From Camelus dromedarius (taxonomy: Eukaryota): 64,000 bases of DNA. The stretch lies in contig NC_087437.1 of the NCBI RefSeq assembly GCF_036321535.1, positions 43,960,001 through 44,024,000 of the forward strand, given 5' to 3'. The notes under the pieces are model-generated. The model was given only the letters and a program-made list of their open reading frames with translations. It did no database searches and was not told the origin of the DNA. A program made the translations under genes and the position numbers. This document shows positions 12,943-26,649 of this stretch, piece by piece. Position 1 is the stretch's first letter, and each line of letters starts with the position of its first letter.

Positions 12943-14839
12943 CATCCTTCATTCTTAAGTGGAATGAGTGTGTGTGGGGAACCTGATTATTCATATGGCT
13001 GTAAGTGTACGGTGGTAGAGGTATTGCTCTAAATCCCTTTCTCTACGACTGGCCCAGCTTTGTAACTAAAGGAGGATTTAGTGACAGTCTTTGTCACGTG
13101 ATTTCCTTGATAGACCGTTTATTCTTTCATTTGCTCAACTATGTGTTGCATGCCAGTCACATACCTGACACTGTAGTGCAAGGAAGAGTATCGCATAGTA
13201 TTTTGCCTCAAGTCTCAGTCCAAAGCATTCTAGTCATCAATACACTTCTATAAACAGGTGTTGGAAGCAAAAATGGAAAGCTGCATAGGGAAGGTAACAT
13301 TTGCAAATCGTGTTTCCTGTGTAAAATCATAGACCATTTTACACAAAGGTTAAAGGGTGTTATGTGAGTGTGGAGACTCACATGTGTCAGTAAACAAAAA
13401 TTTATTCTTACATGTATCTCACGATCCTACAACTCTTCCTCAAATAGGTAAACTTAAAATAAAAATGTTACCTTATTTAAAAAAAAAAGGTTTCTAGTAT
13501 AGTACGATCTTGTTCGTAGGCATATAAAACACTACTAGATTGAACATTAGTACTTAATAACAACCTGGATTTTCAGAATCTGTGTATTTTCTAACCACAC
13601 TTTTAATATTTTTTTCATTTTTGTTGCCACAGTAGACTTTCACACATGTACTTTATCCAAATATGTATTTGTTCTTTGAAAATATGAAAGTATAAAATAT
13701 ATAATATATATATAAAATATATAACAGATTTAACTCCTACAACAATTACATCTGTAGAGATCACCTACACACTTATATATATAAGTGTGTGTGTATATAT
13801 AGAGTGAGATTGAGGGAGGGAAGGAGGGGAAGAGAGAGGTGTTGTATCATTTGATGAATTGTACTGAGTGCAATAATGAAAGCCTGTGGGCATATTTCTC
13901 TGTTGGCCTTCTATCAGAGAGTTGAGAGCCTAACATGATATATATAGTCTTAGTAACTAGATTGGCATACTTGTACTTTTCTTAAGTCTTTATTTTATAT
14001 ATATATGTTTGTGTATGTGTCCTTGTATATAAAGATATAAATATATAACCTTTATATTTATATGCCTTTCAATTACATACATATGCATACCAGGCATATA
14101 GAAGAGCTCCATTCTTTTATGGTTTCTGATTGCTTTGATTATTTGAGTCTTATTTTCAATATCCTAAGAGATCACATATATCTTTTGTTTTGAGAACCGT
14201 TACATTCTCAGTGGAAATAGGCTAGAGGGACAGACAGAAAGAATAGCAGAGAGAAAGAAATACGCCATCCACAAACACCTTCAGACATGCACACACAGAT
14301 GGTTGAGTGGAGTATAAATAAACTGGTTCAGTTTTCTCAAGTGACAGAGTAAGTTCACGTGGGAGCTGAAGTTGAGACCTAGGGTTCCTGTTTCTCATAT
14401 CTTTTTGGCATAAATAGGACATTGTTTTAGACTAAATATTAATAACACTTTATCTCTGACAAGACATTATCCATTTCTATCTTATATACAAAAAGCATTT
14501 CTTGCACATTTTCTGAGAATTAGAGCTATGTTATAAAGCACATAAATGTAGGAAAATTTATAAATCCTCTCTGATAAAGATAATTGGTTCAATGCAAGAA
14601 TCCAGTCAGTAATAACAGCTATGATACCAAGCATTTTAAAACTTTTCTTTTCTTCACCCTGTGGCAATGAACTGAACCTTCTGATGGGGATGGAATATGG
14701 TCCAGGGATTGGGAGGGGGGGTATAACATTAATCCAAAGGTACCTTCTACTGATAAGAACCTGTATGTGTGTGTGTGTATCCTTGTCTTTTAAATTGCTG
14801 TGAGGGCCTTTGAATGGCTATAGTATTGTTTCTTAAACA

Positions 14840-15110
14840 ATATTCTTTAAGATGCTCCCTGAAAAAGTGATCAAATAAGTGCAAAACACTGTGTACCTAC
14901 CTGTTTCCTCTCTTGGAAATTCGTAGCTTATGTAAGCATATTAAAAACTCTTTAAAGAGTCTTTAAAGATTGAAGTATGCCTACTGTTAAGCCTTTGAAT
15001 TTAGTTTAACCCAGTGTTTTCCCACATTATTTGACCATTGGCCCCTTTTCTTCCAATAGCTGCATCAACATCTCCTAGAACTAGTGCTCAGGAGAAGATA
15101 CCAGGTAAAA
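14840..15110. mobile_element. hAT-Charlie MITE (MER103-like)
   Basis: Internal inverted motifs 'gatcaaataagt' / 'cagtgttttcccacattatttgacca' and 'aagcatattaaaaactct' typical of this family as recalled. Confidence 0.55.
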
Positions 15111-16349
15111 ATCAGCTTTGAAGGTGTGGAATTTCTCTTAAGAAACTTGTTTTCCTTTTCAGTATGATTATAGCCACCAATGGGTAGTCATGACCATCGC
15201 AGCCAAGCTATTGCTAAAGAAAGAATTTATGTTATAAGACATGTGGGTAAAGAGTCTTGGTTATTTATAGAGGAAACTAATGAGGCAAAATGTGGGAAGA
15301 TATAAGCAGAAATGCCTTAACACACCAAGCTTAAATGAAGTTATGTTTTCCTTTTCATATCTAGCCATTGACTGATTGTTGTATACTGTCATATGAAAGT
15401 AGTTCCATCTAAAAATAATTTATTATGTTTAGCCTAAGTCTTTTAAAAAAATTTTTTCTGCATTTGGCTGCATTCACTTATGTCATCCTTATGGGGAGAA
15501 CAACTGATCTGGTTCTTTTAGTAAAGTCTTCGGTATTCCATTATCTTCTTCAGGAAAACAAATAAACAAAGAAACAAACAGTGCCCTTCTATCTCATGTA
15601 ACTTTTGGCCCTGTTTTTATACCGTTTTATTTCTTTAGAATTGTGCTACCATTTAGAATATGATTTTTAAATTATTTTGTATGAAATTTGGTATGCCCAT
15701 GTGGTATCATTGAACCAAAACCTTTCTGCTCCATTTTTTATCAGTGCATGTAATTAAGCTCCTTGGAAACCAACACAATTGCTACTTAATGCCTGTTTTA
15801 GCTTCATCTAAGCTATTGGCCTTTAGAAAATTAATAAATTCAGGGGACAACTTAATTTATTTGAGAGTCTATCTGAGGGGCAAAATAAATCCTTGGTTGG
15901 ATATATGCAACTTGTAGTAAAGTTGGTACTGCATATGGCCATTGAAAGAAAGCTGAAAAATAGTTTTCGAGTATATACTAATATTTCTTTGCATTTGTAT
16001 AGCATTCTTTAAAATCTGGTTATGTAAATGCTTTCTCGTTTGTTTGTTTTTTTAATTAAAGCAATAAGTTAGGCCTTATTACTCCTATTGTTTGAGAGAA
16101 AAAAACTGGGACACTGATAATGTTAAGTGATTTATAAAATATCATGTGGTTAACAAAGGGACAGAGCTCAGAGAAACATTTTCTACTAACCTCCTGTTTG
16201 TGCTTCTTTCTAAAATTAGGTTTTCATGTCCTTCAAATCATATGCAAAGAACATTTCTATTTTCTAATCTCTGCCTATTAAATGTTTGAATTAATGGCTC
16301 CTTCTGCTGCCTTTATTTTTAAATGAAATTTTAAACTGAAATTATTTCT

Positions 16350-18032
16350 TAAACTGAAATTATTTCTTAAACTATAACACACATATATATGGAAAAACAA
16401 ACAAATCATATGTTTACATCTCCATGAAATTTCCCAAAATGAATACAACATGTAATCCACCACCCAAACCAAGAAACAGTGTATTATCAGCACCCAGGAA
16501 GCCCCTTCTGTACCATCCCTGTCACTAGCCTTCCTAAAGGTAACCACTGTCCTGACTTCCAACGTCATAGATTTGTTCTGCTTGTTTTGTAACTTTATAT
16601 AAATTAAATTATGTGTAAACTCTTTTATTTCTGGCTTATTTCATCCACGTTGTTTCATCCATGTTGATGTGGACAGTGACTCCAGAAATACCCACATACC
16701 TAAAGACCTTTGATTTATGGAAGACAACTGAAAATCAGTAGACAATGGATAGCATTTTCCATAAAGAAGGCCAAATCAACTGCATAGCCTTATAGGAAAA
16801 ATTAATCTTGTCCCCTCCCTACACCATACACAAAAATCAGTTCTAGATGGATTATAGATCTAAATGTGAATTTTAAAATGGCAAAAATTCTAGAAGATAA
16901 CTATGGGTCAGTTGAGAAACACTCTACAATGAGATTAGACGTACAAAAGAGTTATTAGTAGAAATACTTTAGAGGGAAAATAGATAAGTATGCAGGGGAG
17001 GCAGGAAGAGTTATCAGACTGTAATACTGGTCTTACCTGTTCAGAGGAGAGAAGGAAGAAGAGTTGGATGAGAAAGTATTAGACTGCAGTGTGGTTCTAA
17101 GAAAGTTAAGCAGGTTGATAACAGTTCTCTAGTCAAATCCACCCATCAGAGCAGTCTCACACCTCCCAGAAGCAGGCCTGCTTTAGTATCCCTGCCATAC
17201 TCAGTCATTAGCTGGCAGTAGACTATGGGAAATATGGCATCTCTGGATATGGTGATAAATTTCAGAGTACAACAGCTGCGGTTGCCGGTTAATTATGATC
17301 CACAGAGTTGGAGATTTTTTGTAGCTACTGCAATGCCAGAAGGGGATATTTTTATGATTCTATGACTGACAAAGGTTTCTTAAAGAGGACACAGAAAACA
17401 TCAACCATAAAGTGAAAAAAAATTACTGCACTCAATTAAAAACTTTGTAAATCAAAAGACATCATCAAGAGAGTGAGAAGGAAAATGAGAGAATTTGAGA
17501 AGAGATTTAAAATACACATAGTCCACAAAGGATGTGAATATAGCAAATATAAAGCATTTCTGCAAGTCAAAATGTAAAATAACAATCCAATTAAAAAATG
17601 AGCAAAATATTTGAACAGGCAGTTTACAGAGTATAGTATTCAAATAGTAATGAATTAATAAAGTACTCATTTGCGTTAGTTATCAAGGCAATGAAAATAA
17701 AAAACACATTGAAATACCACTATACATCCACCATGATGATTACAGTTTAAATACTGATAATAAAAATATGGTTTGGATGTGGAGCAACCAGAACTCTCAT
17801 ACACTGATGATGAATATGTAAATTAATAAAAACAATTTGGTGACATCTACTATGTACGAACATACACATACCTAAATTCCAACATGCATATTAGCCCCCA
17901 AATTCAATCAGCATTATTTGTAATAGCCCTAAATTAGAAACAACCCAAACATTCATCCAAAGTAGAAGGGATAAATAAATTATTGTACATTCACACAATA
18001 GAATGGCATATGTAATAAAAATAAACAAGTGC
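16350..18032 (-). mobile_element. Ancient L1M (L1ME/L1MC-like) with inverted ORF2 segment, interrupted by an LTR
   Basis: 3' UTR antisense at ~16350-16678; ORF2 3' portion in sense orientation at ~16680-16900 and ~17340-18032 ('ctcacaccatacacaaaaatc'-like, 'ggatgtggagcaaccagaactctcatacactg', 'aaacaacccaaac'). Confidence 0.75.
16902..17338 (-). mobile_element. ERVL solo LTR (LTR16-like)
   Basis: 'gagattagacgtacaaaagagttatt...ttagactgcagtgtggttctaagaaagtt...ggcctgctttagtatccctgccatactcagtcattagctgg' matches recalled LTR16 family; splits the L1 ORF2 text. Confidence 0.7.
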
Positions 18033-19649
18033 TTCTTTCATTTATTTTATTTATGTATTCTGTTTATCATTTTGGAGCTATTATTCCTCATTTCCATGTT
18101 TTTGTCTTTATTTTAAAGTCATTAGGACAGGAATTGGAGTGGAATAAATGCAACGATTTCTGTCCTCCGTAAGTTCACAATTTTGTAGAAGAGAATACGT
18201 AAAGTATAGTATGTTAAGTGGTGAGAGAGTGTTCTGTGATTTCAGGACAGAAAATGATTTTCTTAGCAGTGGCACTAGATTTCGTGGGGGAGGCAGTGTC
18301 TGAGCTGAATCTTGAATCAGTAAGAGCATTCATATGTATGGACATTGCAGAGTGGAACTTGAACTAGAGTTTAGAGAAGTATTGAACGAATGTTTGACAA
18401 ATATTTGAAAACAGATGCTGGAATGCCTTCAATGTCATTAGCAAAACATTCAAATTATAAGTTGAGATATTAATATTGAGAAGATATTGATTTATAATTA
18501 TAAGATCTCTAAATAAAAGCCATGTTTTATTTTTCTTTTCCACTACTTCTACTTGATTTCATTGATAACTAGAATTCTGAGCTGCTTTGAGTCTGAGAAA
18601 TTCGTTGAACACACCCAAACATTTTTTTGTCTCACTTATTTCCAGGAAAGCAGCTACAGATTATCTGAAGATTTATTTAACCTTAACTTCCTCTCATGGT
18701 ATGTCATAATATTTAGTAATGAGATGGTTTACTTTTTGTGTTAAATTTGTAGTTTATATCATTTATGTCTTTGGCCAAATTCCCTTTGGCATGCAGAAGA
18801 GGAAAAAATGTTCAAACCATTTCTTTTGCATTATTCTCTGCCATACTTTTGATAAACTGTAAAACATCGTCAATGTCTTAGTCAGTGGCACAGTTTCTGT
18901 AAAGTTAGTAGACATGGATGCCCAATAACTATTATCGCAATAAGAGAAAATTTCACAAGCAGAAGTAAAAATGTATAAAGAGCATTTACCTTTTCAAAGC
19001 TATTTGTTATTTCCTGATTTTTTAAATCAAGATTAATCAGAGATTATGATAGTTAAATCAATGACCATCCTAAAATTAATTAAGAATCTTGTTGTCTGGT
19101 AATGAATTGGAAAGTGCTAACTTGGCACTGCTAGAGAGGTTTCTTTTTCTCAAGTGCTATAATTATTCTTAAGAAATAACTAGAAGAACCCCATCAAATA
19201 TATGAGATATAGCAAAAAAAAAAAAAAGATCCTAATATTTTAGTAAGTATGTCAAAAATGTGCATCTAAACAAGAGTTTTCCTTTAAAAGACTCAAATTG
19301 AGAAGCTGCTCCTCTATTCCATTATTGTTCCTATGGCTCAAATCTTTTTGATTGAGACTTCTTACTTTTTGAATTGATTCCAGGACCAGTTCATGAGCCT
19401 TATAGTATAATTACTTATTTTATGATTCTATCTTCACTTTATTTTTGACCAAAATTACTACTGCATTGATTGACTGCATGCGTATTATTTTTTGAAATCT
19501 GAAAGTGATGGGATATAAAAGGAATTCACAGTATCTATAAAGACATTGTAAAATAAGGTAGCTAACAAATGTAATGTAACTTACAAAAGCTAAGTTTTTA
19601 GATTCCTGTATAAATATTTAGAATAGTTACAATAGTCATTTAAGATGTT

Positions 19650-19650
<1 letters not shown>

Positions 19651-19684
<34 letters not shown>
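19651..19684. repeat. (GTT)11 microsatellite
   Basis: Direct reading. Confidence 0.95.
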
Positions 19685-19994
19685 AGAGAATCATTGTATT
19701 TATTTTATAGTGCCACCTTAAGCTAGATAAATCTCAGTAGGTATCCTATCAAAGATGATTCTGAACTTATCTCATATGATACTAAAGAAAATTCTGTAAA
19801 TATTACACAGTGAGAAGTTAATGATGACATGCTTTGATAAACAGCAAATAAGGTGTATTCTCTGTTGACTGAATATGACTGAATACTCTGTCAAATTAAA
19901 TTATTAAAATCTCAATAACTTTTAATAAAAATTGATTATAATGTAACCTTGATGTAAATTAAAAAATAGAATAATTCATATAATTTAATATGAG

Positions 19995-20526
19995 TTGCAG
20001 TAGTGTAGTCTGAAGTCTGGGAGGGATATGCCTCCAATTTTGTTCTTTTTCCTTAGTATTTCTTTAGCAATTCTGGGTCTTTTATGATTCCATATAAATT
20101 TTAGGATTATTTGTTCTAGTTCTGTGAAAAATGTCCTAGGTAATTTGATAGGGATCACATTAAATCTGTAGATTGCTTGGAGTAGTATGGCCATTTTAAG
20201 AATATTAATTCTTCCAATCCAAGAACATGGGATATCTTTCCATCTCTTTAAGTCACCTTTAATTTCTTTTGTTAGTGTTTTGTAGTTCTCCACATATAAG
20301 TCTTTCCCTTCCTTGGTGAGATTCATTCCTAAGTATTTTATTTTTTTAGATGTGATCTTAAAAGGGATTGCTTCTTTACTTCCTTTTCCGATATTTCATT
20401 GTTAGTGTAAAGAAATGCAATTGATTTCTGTCTATTAATCTTGTATCCTCCTGCCTTGCTGAATTCTTTTCTCAGCTCTAGTAGTTTTTGTGTGGAGCCT
20501 TTAGAGTTTTCTATATATAGTATCAT
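19995..20526 (-). mobile_element. Relatively young L1 ORF2 internal fragment (RT C-terminal part), frameshifted
   Basis: ORFs 20338-20526 ([18 protein letters not shown]...) and 19985-20326 (...[35 protein letters not shown]...[12 protein letters not shown]) are L1 ORF2p-like. Confidence 0.92.
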
Positions 20527-20529
20527 TAA

Positions 20530-20705
20530 CAGCTCCCATTATTAACTAGATTCCAGTAATACTACCCACTCTCCTTGACCCCTTTAAGACTCGAGGGCTT
20601 CCTATTGTCTATAGTCCTTGTGTGCTGCACTGTGGGTTTCCTTATTCTGCCCTCATCTCCTTTTGGTGTGTCCTCTGTTTACCTCTGGAGTTCTGTTTGA
20701 AACAG
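20530..20705 (+). mobile_element. ERVL LTR fragment (LTR33-like 3' part)
   Basis: 'ttccagtaatactacccactctccttgacccctttaag...gtgctgcac...gggtttcc...ttggtgtgtcctctgtttacc' resembles recalled LTR33. Confidence 0.45.
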
Positions 20706-22249
20706 TTTGTATTCAGTTTATGTTCTTTGAGACAGGATTTTGAAATGAATGTTAAGTAGCTGGACATACAGAATATAATAAACATTTTCACTTAAAAAAT
20801 GCTAGAAGAATGCCAGCTGTATGTTGTAGAACATAAGAAATGTAATAGGTAGCTTCTTTTCTAGAATATTTCCAGTTTTATATTTAAGTATATATTTATA
20901 ATAGAAAAATTTAATTATTTTCAAAAATATTAACAGATGAAAAGTTTATTTAAATGATTACATTTGTGAAATTAGTTGAGCTAATAGATGCCTGGAATTC
21001 TTCAATGGTTATTGCTATTCTTTTTGACTGACAGAATGCAATTATCACTGAATAAGTTTAACTTATTCAATGTTAATAGATGCATTAAGTTTATTTTTTC
21101 TTACAGAATTTTAAGATATTTTATGATTGGTTATTTTTTGCATTAGAAAGTTGTTCTTATTTATATTCATTAAAAACAGAAAGTTGCCACCAAGATATAA
21201 AGTGATTTGTTCAAAAATCATAATATTTGTTAACAGTGTGTAGATAGGTTCTGAATATTAGTTAGAAAAGCTCTTTATTCTCACTTTAACAATATGCTGC
21301 ATCTCTGAGGACATGAAAGAATGATTTATCATATGTAATTTTAAAAGATAATTACTGGATATTTTTAATTCTTTCTGCCTTCATCATAAGAAATTCATCT
21401 GAAATGAATAGTCATTTGCCTCAGCACAGTTCAATTAATAAGAAAACACATTATATTTTTAATAAACAAGAGAAATATAATTTTTGCCTTATTATCAGGG
21501 CCAAGAAAGCATATTCATTTTTGGAGCAAGGGCAATAATAATCTGTGTAAAATAAAAAGCCTTTGTCCCAGGGACCTTTTTGCAAATATAATTGGCTATC
21601 TTAAAAGAAATATTATGTTTGAGCCTCTAATTTCTTTTGAGTTATTAATAGGAAAGCATTATTTAGAGATGTCAGGAAAATCAATATTGAAACAGTTATG
21701 GGCAGGGCAAAATTGGTGTATCATTATTGATGGTTGTTTGATGGGGAAAATTGTAGCCTTTACATGCGTGGAGGTCTCAGTCTCAATTAAGTATGCTTAA
21801 ATGAAAAGATTTAGCTTCATTAAGGTATTTGGTACCTAAATTGTTCATTTGTTTGTAGTTGTAACTTACCTATAATTATTTGCTGAGGAAAATCTTGGCC
21901 TTCTCCATCATTATTTCCTTGTGTGACATCTGTTCAGGATGGGTATAGATTAAAAGTCTTTAATGTCAACCCCAGAGTCCACTCACTTGATTTTTCATCA
22001 ATAGAACAGAATATTATATTGCATTATTGAAACATATTACAACTTAACTCTTAATTGGCTAACTTTTGTGAACAGGTTATTTTTATAATTAATATTAAAG
22101 GACAATTATTTAAAGGATATGCAGTTTATTACTATTTCAGGGGTTTTGGTGCTGATTTAAATTTTTCTTTTTAAATTTTTTTTTTTTTTTTTTGCTTTAT
22201 AAGGATTAGTCTGTGTTAATAAAATCACAAAATACTTTCAATGATCTTT

Positions 22250-23580
22250 TCCCAGTTTTATTGAGATACAAGTGGCATACAGCATTGTATAACTTTAAGG
22301 TGTACAGCATAATGATTTAACTTACATATATTATAAAATGATTACCACAATAAGGTTAGAGAACACCCATCATTTCATATATATACAGACTTAAAGAAGT
22401 AGAAAAAAATGTTTTTCCTTGTGATAAGAACTCTTAGGATTTACTGTCTTAAACTTTCATATATAAAATTTAGCAGTGTTGTTTATATTTATCATGTTGT
22501 ACATTACATCCCTAATACTTATTTATCTTATACCTGGAAGTTTGGACATTTTGACTCCCTTCCTCTCCTGCCGCCCTCACCTCTGGTAGCCACAAATGTG
22601 ATCTTTTTCTATGAGTTTGTTTGTTCCTAGTATACAACATAGTAATTCGATATTTCTATACATTTCAAAGTGACCACCATAATAATTGTACTTACCCTCT
22701 GTCACCATACAAACATACAATTATTGAGTATAGGCTCCACACTCTGCATTTTATATGGGTGACTCCTTTATTTTGCAATTGGAAGCTTGTACTTCATAGT
22801 CTCCCTCAACTATTTCTCTCCTCCCCCTATCTTCCTCCCCTCTGGCAACTATCTGTTCTCTGTGTCTATAACTCTGTTCCTGTTTTGTTATGTTTGTTCA
22901 TGTGTTTTGTTTTTTAGATTCCACATATAACTGAAATCATATAGTATTTTCTCTAACTTATTTCACTTAGCATGAAACCCTCTAGGTTCATCCATGTTGT
23001 CATAAATGGCAAGATTTTATTATTTTTATGGCTGAATAATATTCAGTTATATATATATTATATATATATATTATATATATTATATATATATAACTGAATA
23101 TAATATATTATATATAATATATTATATATATATAATATATATGAATGTATGAATATACGCCATCTTCATTTTCCATCCATCTATGGATGCACACTTGGGT
23201 TGCTTCTGTATCTTGGCTATTGTGAATAATACTACAATGAACATAAGGGTGCATATGTCTTTTCAAATTAGTGTTTGTGTTTTCTTTGGATGCCCAGGAA
23301 TGGAATTGCCTGATCATATGGTAGTTCTATTTTTTAATTTTTTGAGGAATCTCCATACTGTTTTCCATAGTGACTGTACCAATTTACCTTCCCGCCAGCA
23401 GTGCACAAGGGTTCCCTTTTCTCCACATCCTGGCCAGCGCTGGTTATTTGTTATCTCTTTGATGATAGCCATTCTGACAGATGTGAAGTGATATCCCATT
23501 GTGGTTTTGATTTGCATTTTCCTGATGACTAGTAATGTTGAGCACCTTTTCACCTGTCTGATGTCCATCTGCACATCTCT
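22250..23580 (-). mobile_element. L1MA-type LINE-1 3' end including ORF2 C-terminal cysteine-rich region
   Basis: ORF 23314-23574 ([11 protein letters not shown]...[36 protein letters not shown]) plus antisense 3' UTR 'ttttagattccacatataactgaaatcat'. Confidence 0.92.
23039..23152. repeat. AT-only expansion with 20-bp inverted repeat
   Basis: atattcagttatatatatat (23039-23058) is the reverse complement of 23082-23101. Confidence 0.85.
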
Positions 23581-23834
23581 GGGAAAATGATTTAAACTTT
23601 TTTCTTAACTGACACATTGGAGAAACAGAACCCTTTCCAATTAGTAGCTCTTCACTGTGGTGGCAGAATCAGGAGGAACCCAGCTTAGACGGGATATATA
23701 TAAATGTTGGGGGCATGTGAAGTCCCCACAAGTAGCCTGGCGTCTCTTGACGATGTTTGTACTGCTTCTCCCCCAAGTGGGTAGGTAACAAAGACATAAC
23801 GATTAGTATGACACAGGCTGTTGCTCAGTCGCAG

Positions 23835-23995
23835 AGCAACCCTCAGTGTCTTCATCTCTACTATGGGGATGAAAATTTTTTTAAAATTCCAGAGTTATTT
23901 TGAAGATTAAAGAAGTTAATTTATCTAAAGCTTCTAGCATAGTACTTTATATATGCTAAACACTCAGTATGTGCTGTCAGTTGTGATTATTATTT
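23835..23995 (+). mobile_element. MIR 3' half
   Basis: 'cctcagtgtcttcatctctactatggggatga...gttattttgaagattaaagaagttaat...aaacactcagtatgtg'. Confidence 0.7.
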
Positions 23996-26649
23996 TATAG
24001 TTAATATTATTTAAAGCTTTAGCTCAGATAAAGCTATGTTCTTTTAGAAACACTTTTACTGAACTCCTAGGTCTTATTATCTCAGCTTGAAATGAGGAAT
24101 ATAAGAAGTATGAAATTTGCTTCTATATTTATCATAAAAATGTTATTAAGGATATAATCTAAATTATAGTTTTTTTCTTTAGGAGGACCCATAGGAGAAA
24201 ACTTTGAACAACTTTATAACAAAGTTACTTTCCTTATTAATCAGAAAGCTTAAAAAATAATTTAACCTTTTCTAGCTGACTCATGGTTATTAAAAATATC
24301 AGTTATTTTGCAGAAATGTGTTTATGTCCTGAGGCCCACTGAGTTGCAAAGGAATATTTGCCCCAAAAGTGAGATAAGTGAGTCAAGAGAACTTGACTGG
24401 AGTTAATAAAAGCAATCCTGTTGAAAGAAAAATTGGGAATAGATAAATGAAAACATTTATTATGATGAGCTGGTCCACACAAAAACAATCAGAAAATACC
24501 AGTTTTATGCTAAATGTGCAGAAATTCCCTTTCTGGAAAATTTAGCTTGGCTATGTCATTCTTATTGCATTTAAATTATTTGCTATGATGTTTATATATG
24601 GCCATGTTGAGTATGGTCTCATTATTACAGTTAGGCCATTCATAGAAACTAGGAAGTAAGTGGTACCCCTTGAAATTCTTCATGCTACAATATTTGTAAT
24701 CTTATACATGACTCTGTATTTGTTATGTACTGACATCCATATGTTTACATAGATTTCACTCATATAGTGCTGCAAGAGAAGTTTTGATGGAAAGCCATAT
24801 TGCTATTATGTAGTTGCTTTTCTATAGCAAATTTTAACATTAGATAATATAATAATAATTGCTTACAAAGTATCATTTTAATGTAAATTACTATTATTTA
24901 AAAAATATATTCAGGTGCCTTTAAAAACAGCTGTTATAAATTTACTTTGAAAAAGTGAAAATGTCTTTCTAAATAGAGTATTGCATCATTGGAGAAAACC
25001 ATGTTTTCCCATTGAAGTTGTCCCAAAGTCCTTTTGAAGAACAAATAAGATGAAATGGATTTAAATCTTTATAGATGTGTGTGTTTGGAAGACAAAATTC
25101 ATCCAGTTGTGAAAATAATACTGAAAAGTAATAGACTTTAGCATACCATATTCACTGTATTTCTTGGCCAACTGCAATTCTGCCAACGCCTCTGACCTAT
25201 GACAAGGAAAAGCTATACAACTGCTTAGAAAATATTATAAAATCAAAAATAGTTTTAATTAAATGAAAAAATATATGCAATATATAAGTTTAAGTGATTA
25301 ATAAAATGATGCGTCTTCTTTAGACCTCTAAATTATTTTATTGTAAAAAAAATTTATAGTCTTCCATTACATATTCCTGTAGCCACGACATATTGCACAT
25401 AATATAGGCAGATTGTGGTTAAGCAAATAGTCTCATGTTGACTCTAAGACTTTGTCAGTACATAAATCACAAGCTATAAGAATCTTTTTATGGGATTTTT
25501 GGAAGCATAGTCTCATACCAACAGGAAATTAATGATTTTTTTTAAATGACTAGCTTTAATTGATATGATCATAAATACTTTATTTTAAACATTATGTTAA
25601 AATACAGTGCCTTTTTTTGGCATCATCAGCTAAATACTGTATGTGGTTTTAAATGTGTATACCTGCATATGTTTTGCATGTTGTACATTCAGTGTGTCAC
25701 AGTGGCCATTTTAATGGTCTTAATGTTCAGTTTCTGATATTTGGGTTGGATGATAATTCTGTTTGGTGCTAGTATCTCTGGCAGGTACTTTGCCCTGCAC
25801 TTGATGCTTTGTCTCATAATTTAAGGGGGATATTGATTTACTGTCTCACTGGGTTGAATGTATCTGGCATTATACATGCCCAACGATGCAAATTTTTCAG
25901 CTCCTGTAGTTACTTGATAGATCACTGGAACCAACAAAGCCCCTCAGGTCTTCATTCTGTCTTTCAGAACTTACGATGGAAAAACTTACAGCATAGCAAG
26001 CAACTTGTGCCATAGTGGAACGTTCGGTTGCTGAGCCACAAGGATAGCTCACTATTTTTCATTTTCTAAATATCAGCACCATTTTTCATTTCAAGGTAGA
26101 CTCTAAGCTCAGTCTTGTGGAAATTGTATCCCTGCCTGAAACATTTATGCAGCACTTCTCTGCAGACTTGGGAAGGAAAAAGGAAATTAAAACTGGTTGA
26201 TCCACAAATTAAGGGAAAAGGATTTTCCTTGGAATTATTATGAGTTAATGTAGAGATTTTCTGCCAACAATAAAAAATAAAAACAAACAGCCCTGTGGTT
26301 ATGAAAGGATAATTCTGAATTTCCAAGGTAGAGGGAACTCGTTAGACATGGAAGCAGGAATCTACGTTCTTGCTTTAGCTCTGTATCTAGCTAACGACTG
26401 GTTTTAGGAAAGATAACCCCTTTGGGCCTCAATTTCTTTCCTATATCTTTTCTTTTAGTTCCCACTCTTGAATTTGGGGCAGATAATTTCTATGGCTCCT
26501 TCAGACTCTAATATTCTGTATTTTGATAAGCAACACTATGCAAGGAATTTATATGTCTTTCCTACACTCTCTTGCAATTAATGAGAAAGTATATAAATTA
26601 TTATCTGAATTGCCACATATATTCTGCTTTTATAGACAGAAAATTAACT

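Noticed and set aside
15163..15250. Acceptor ttttccttttcag with downstream gtaaag as a coding exon
   Set aside because: Stops in all three frames and weak donors
16330..16375. Short tandem repeat of ttaaactgaaattatttc as a CRISPR-like array
   Set aside because: Adjacent duplication with no spacers at an L1 tail; simple slippage in mammalian DNA
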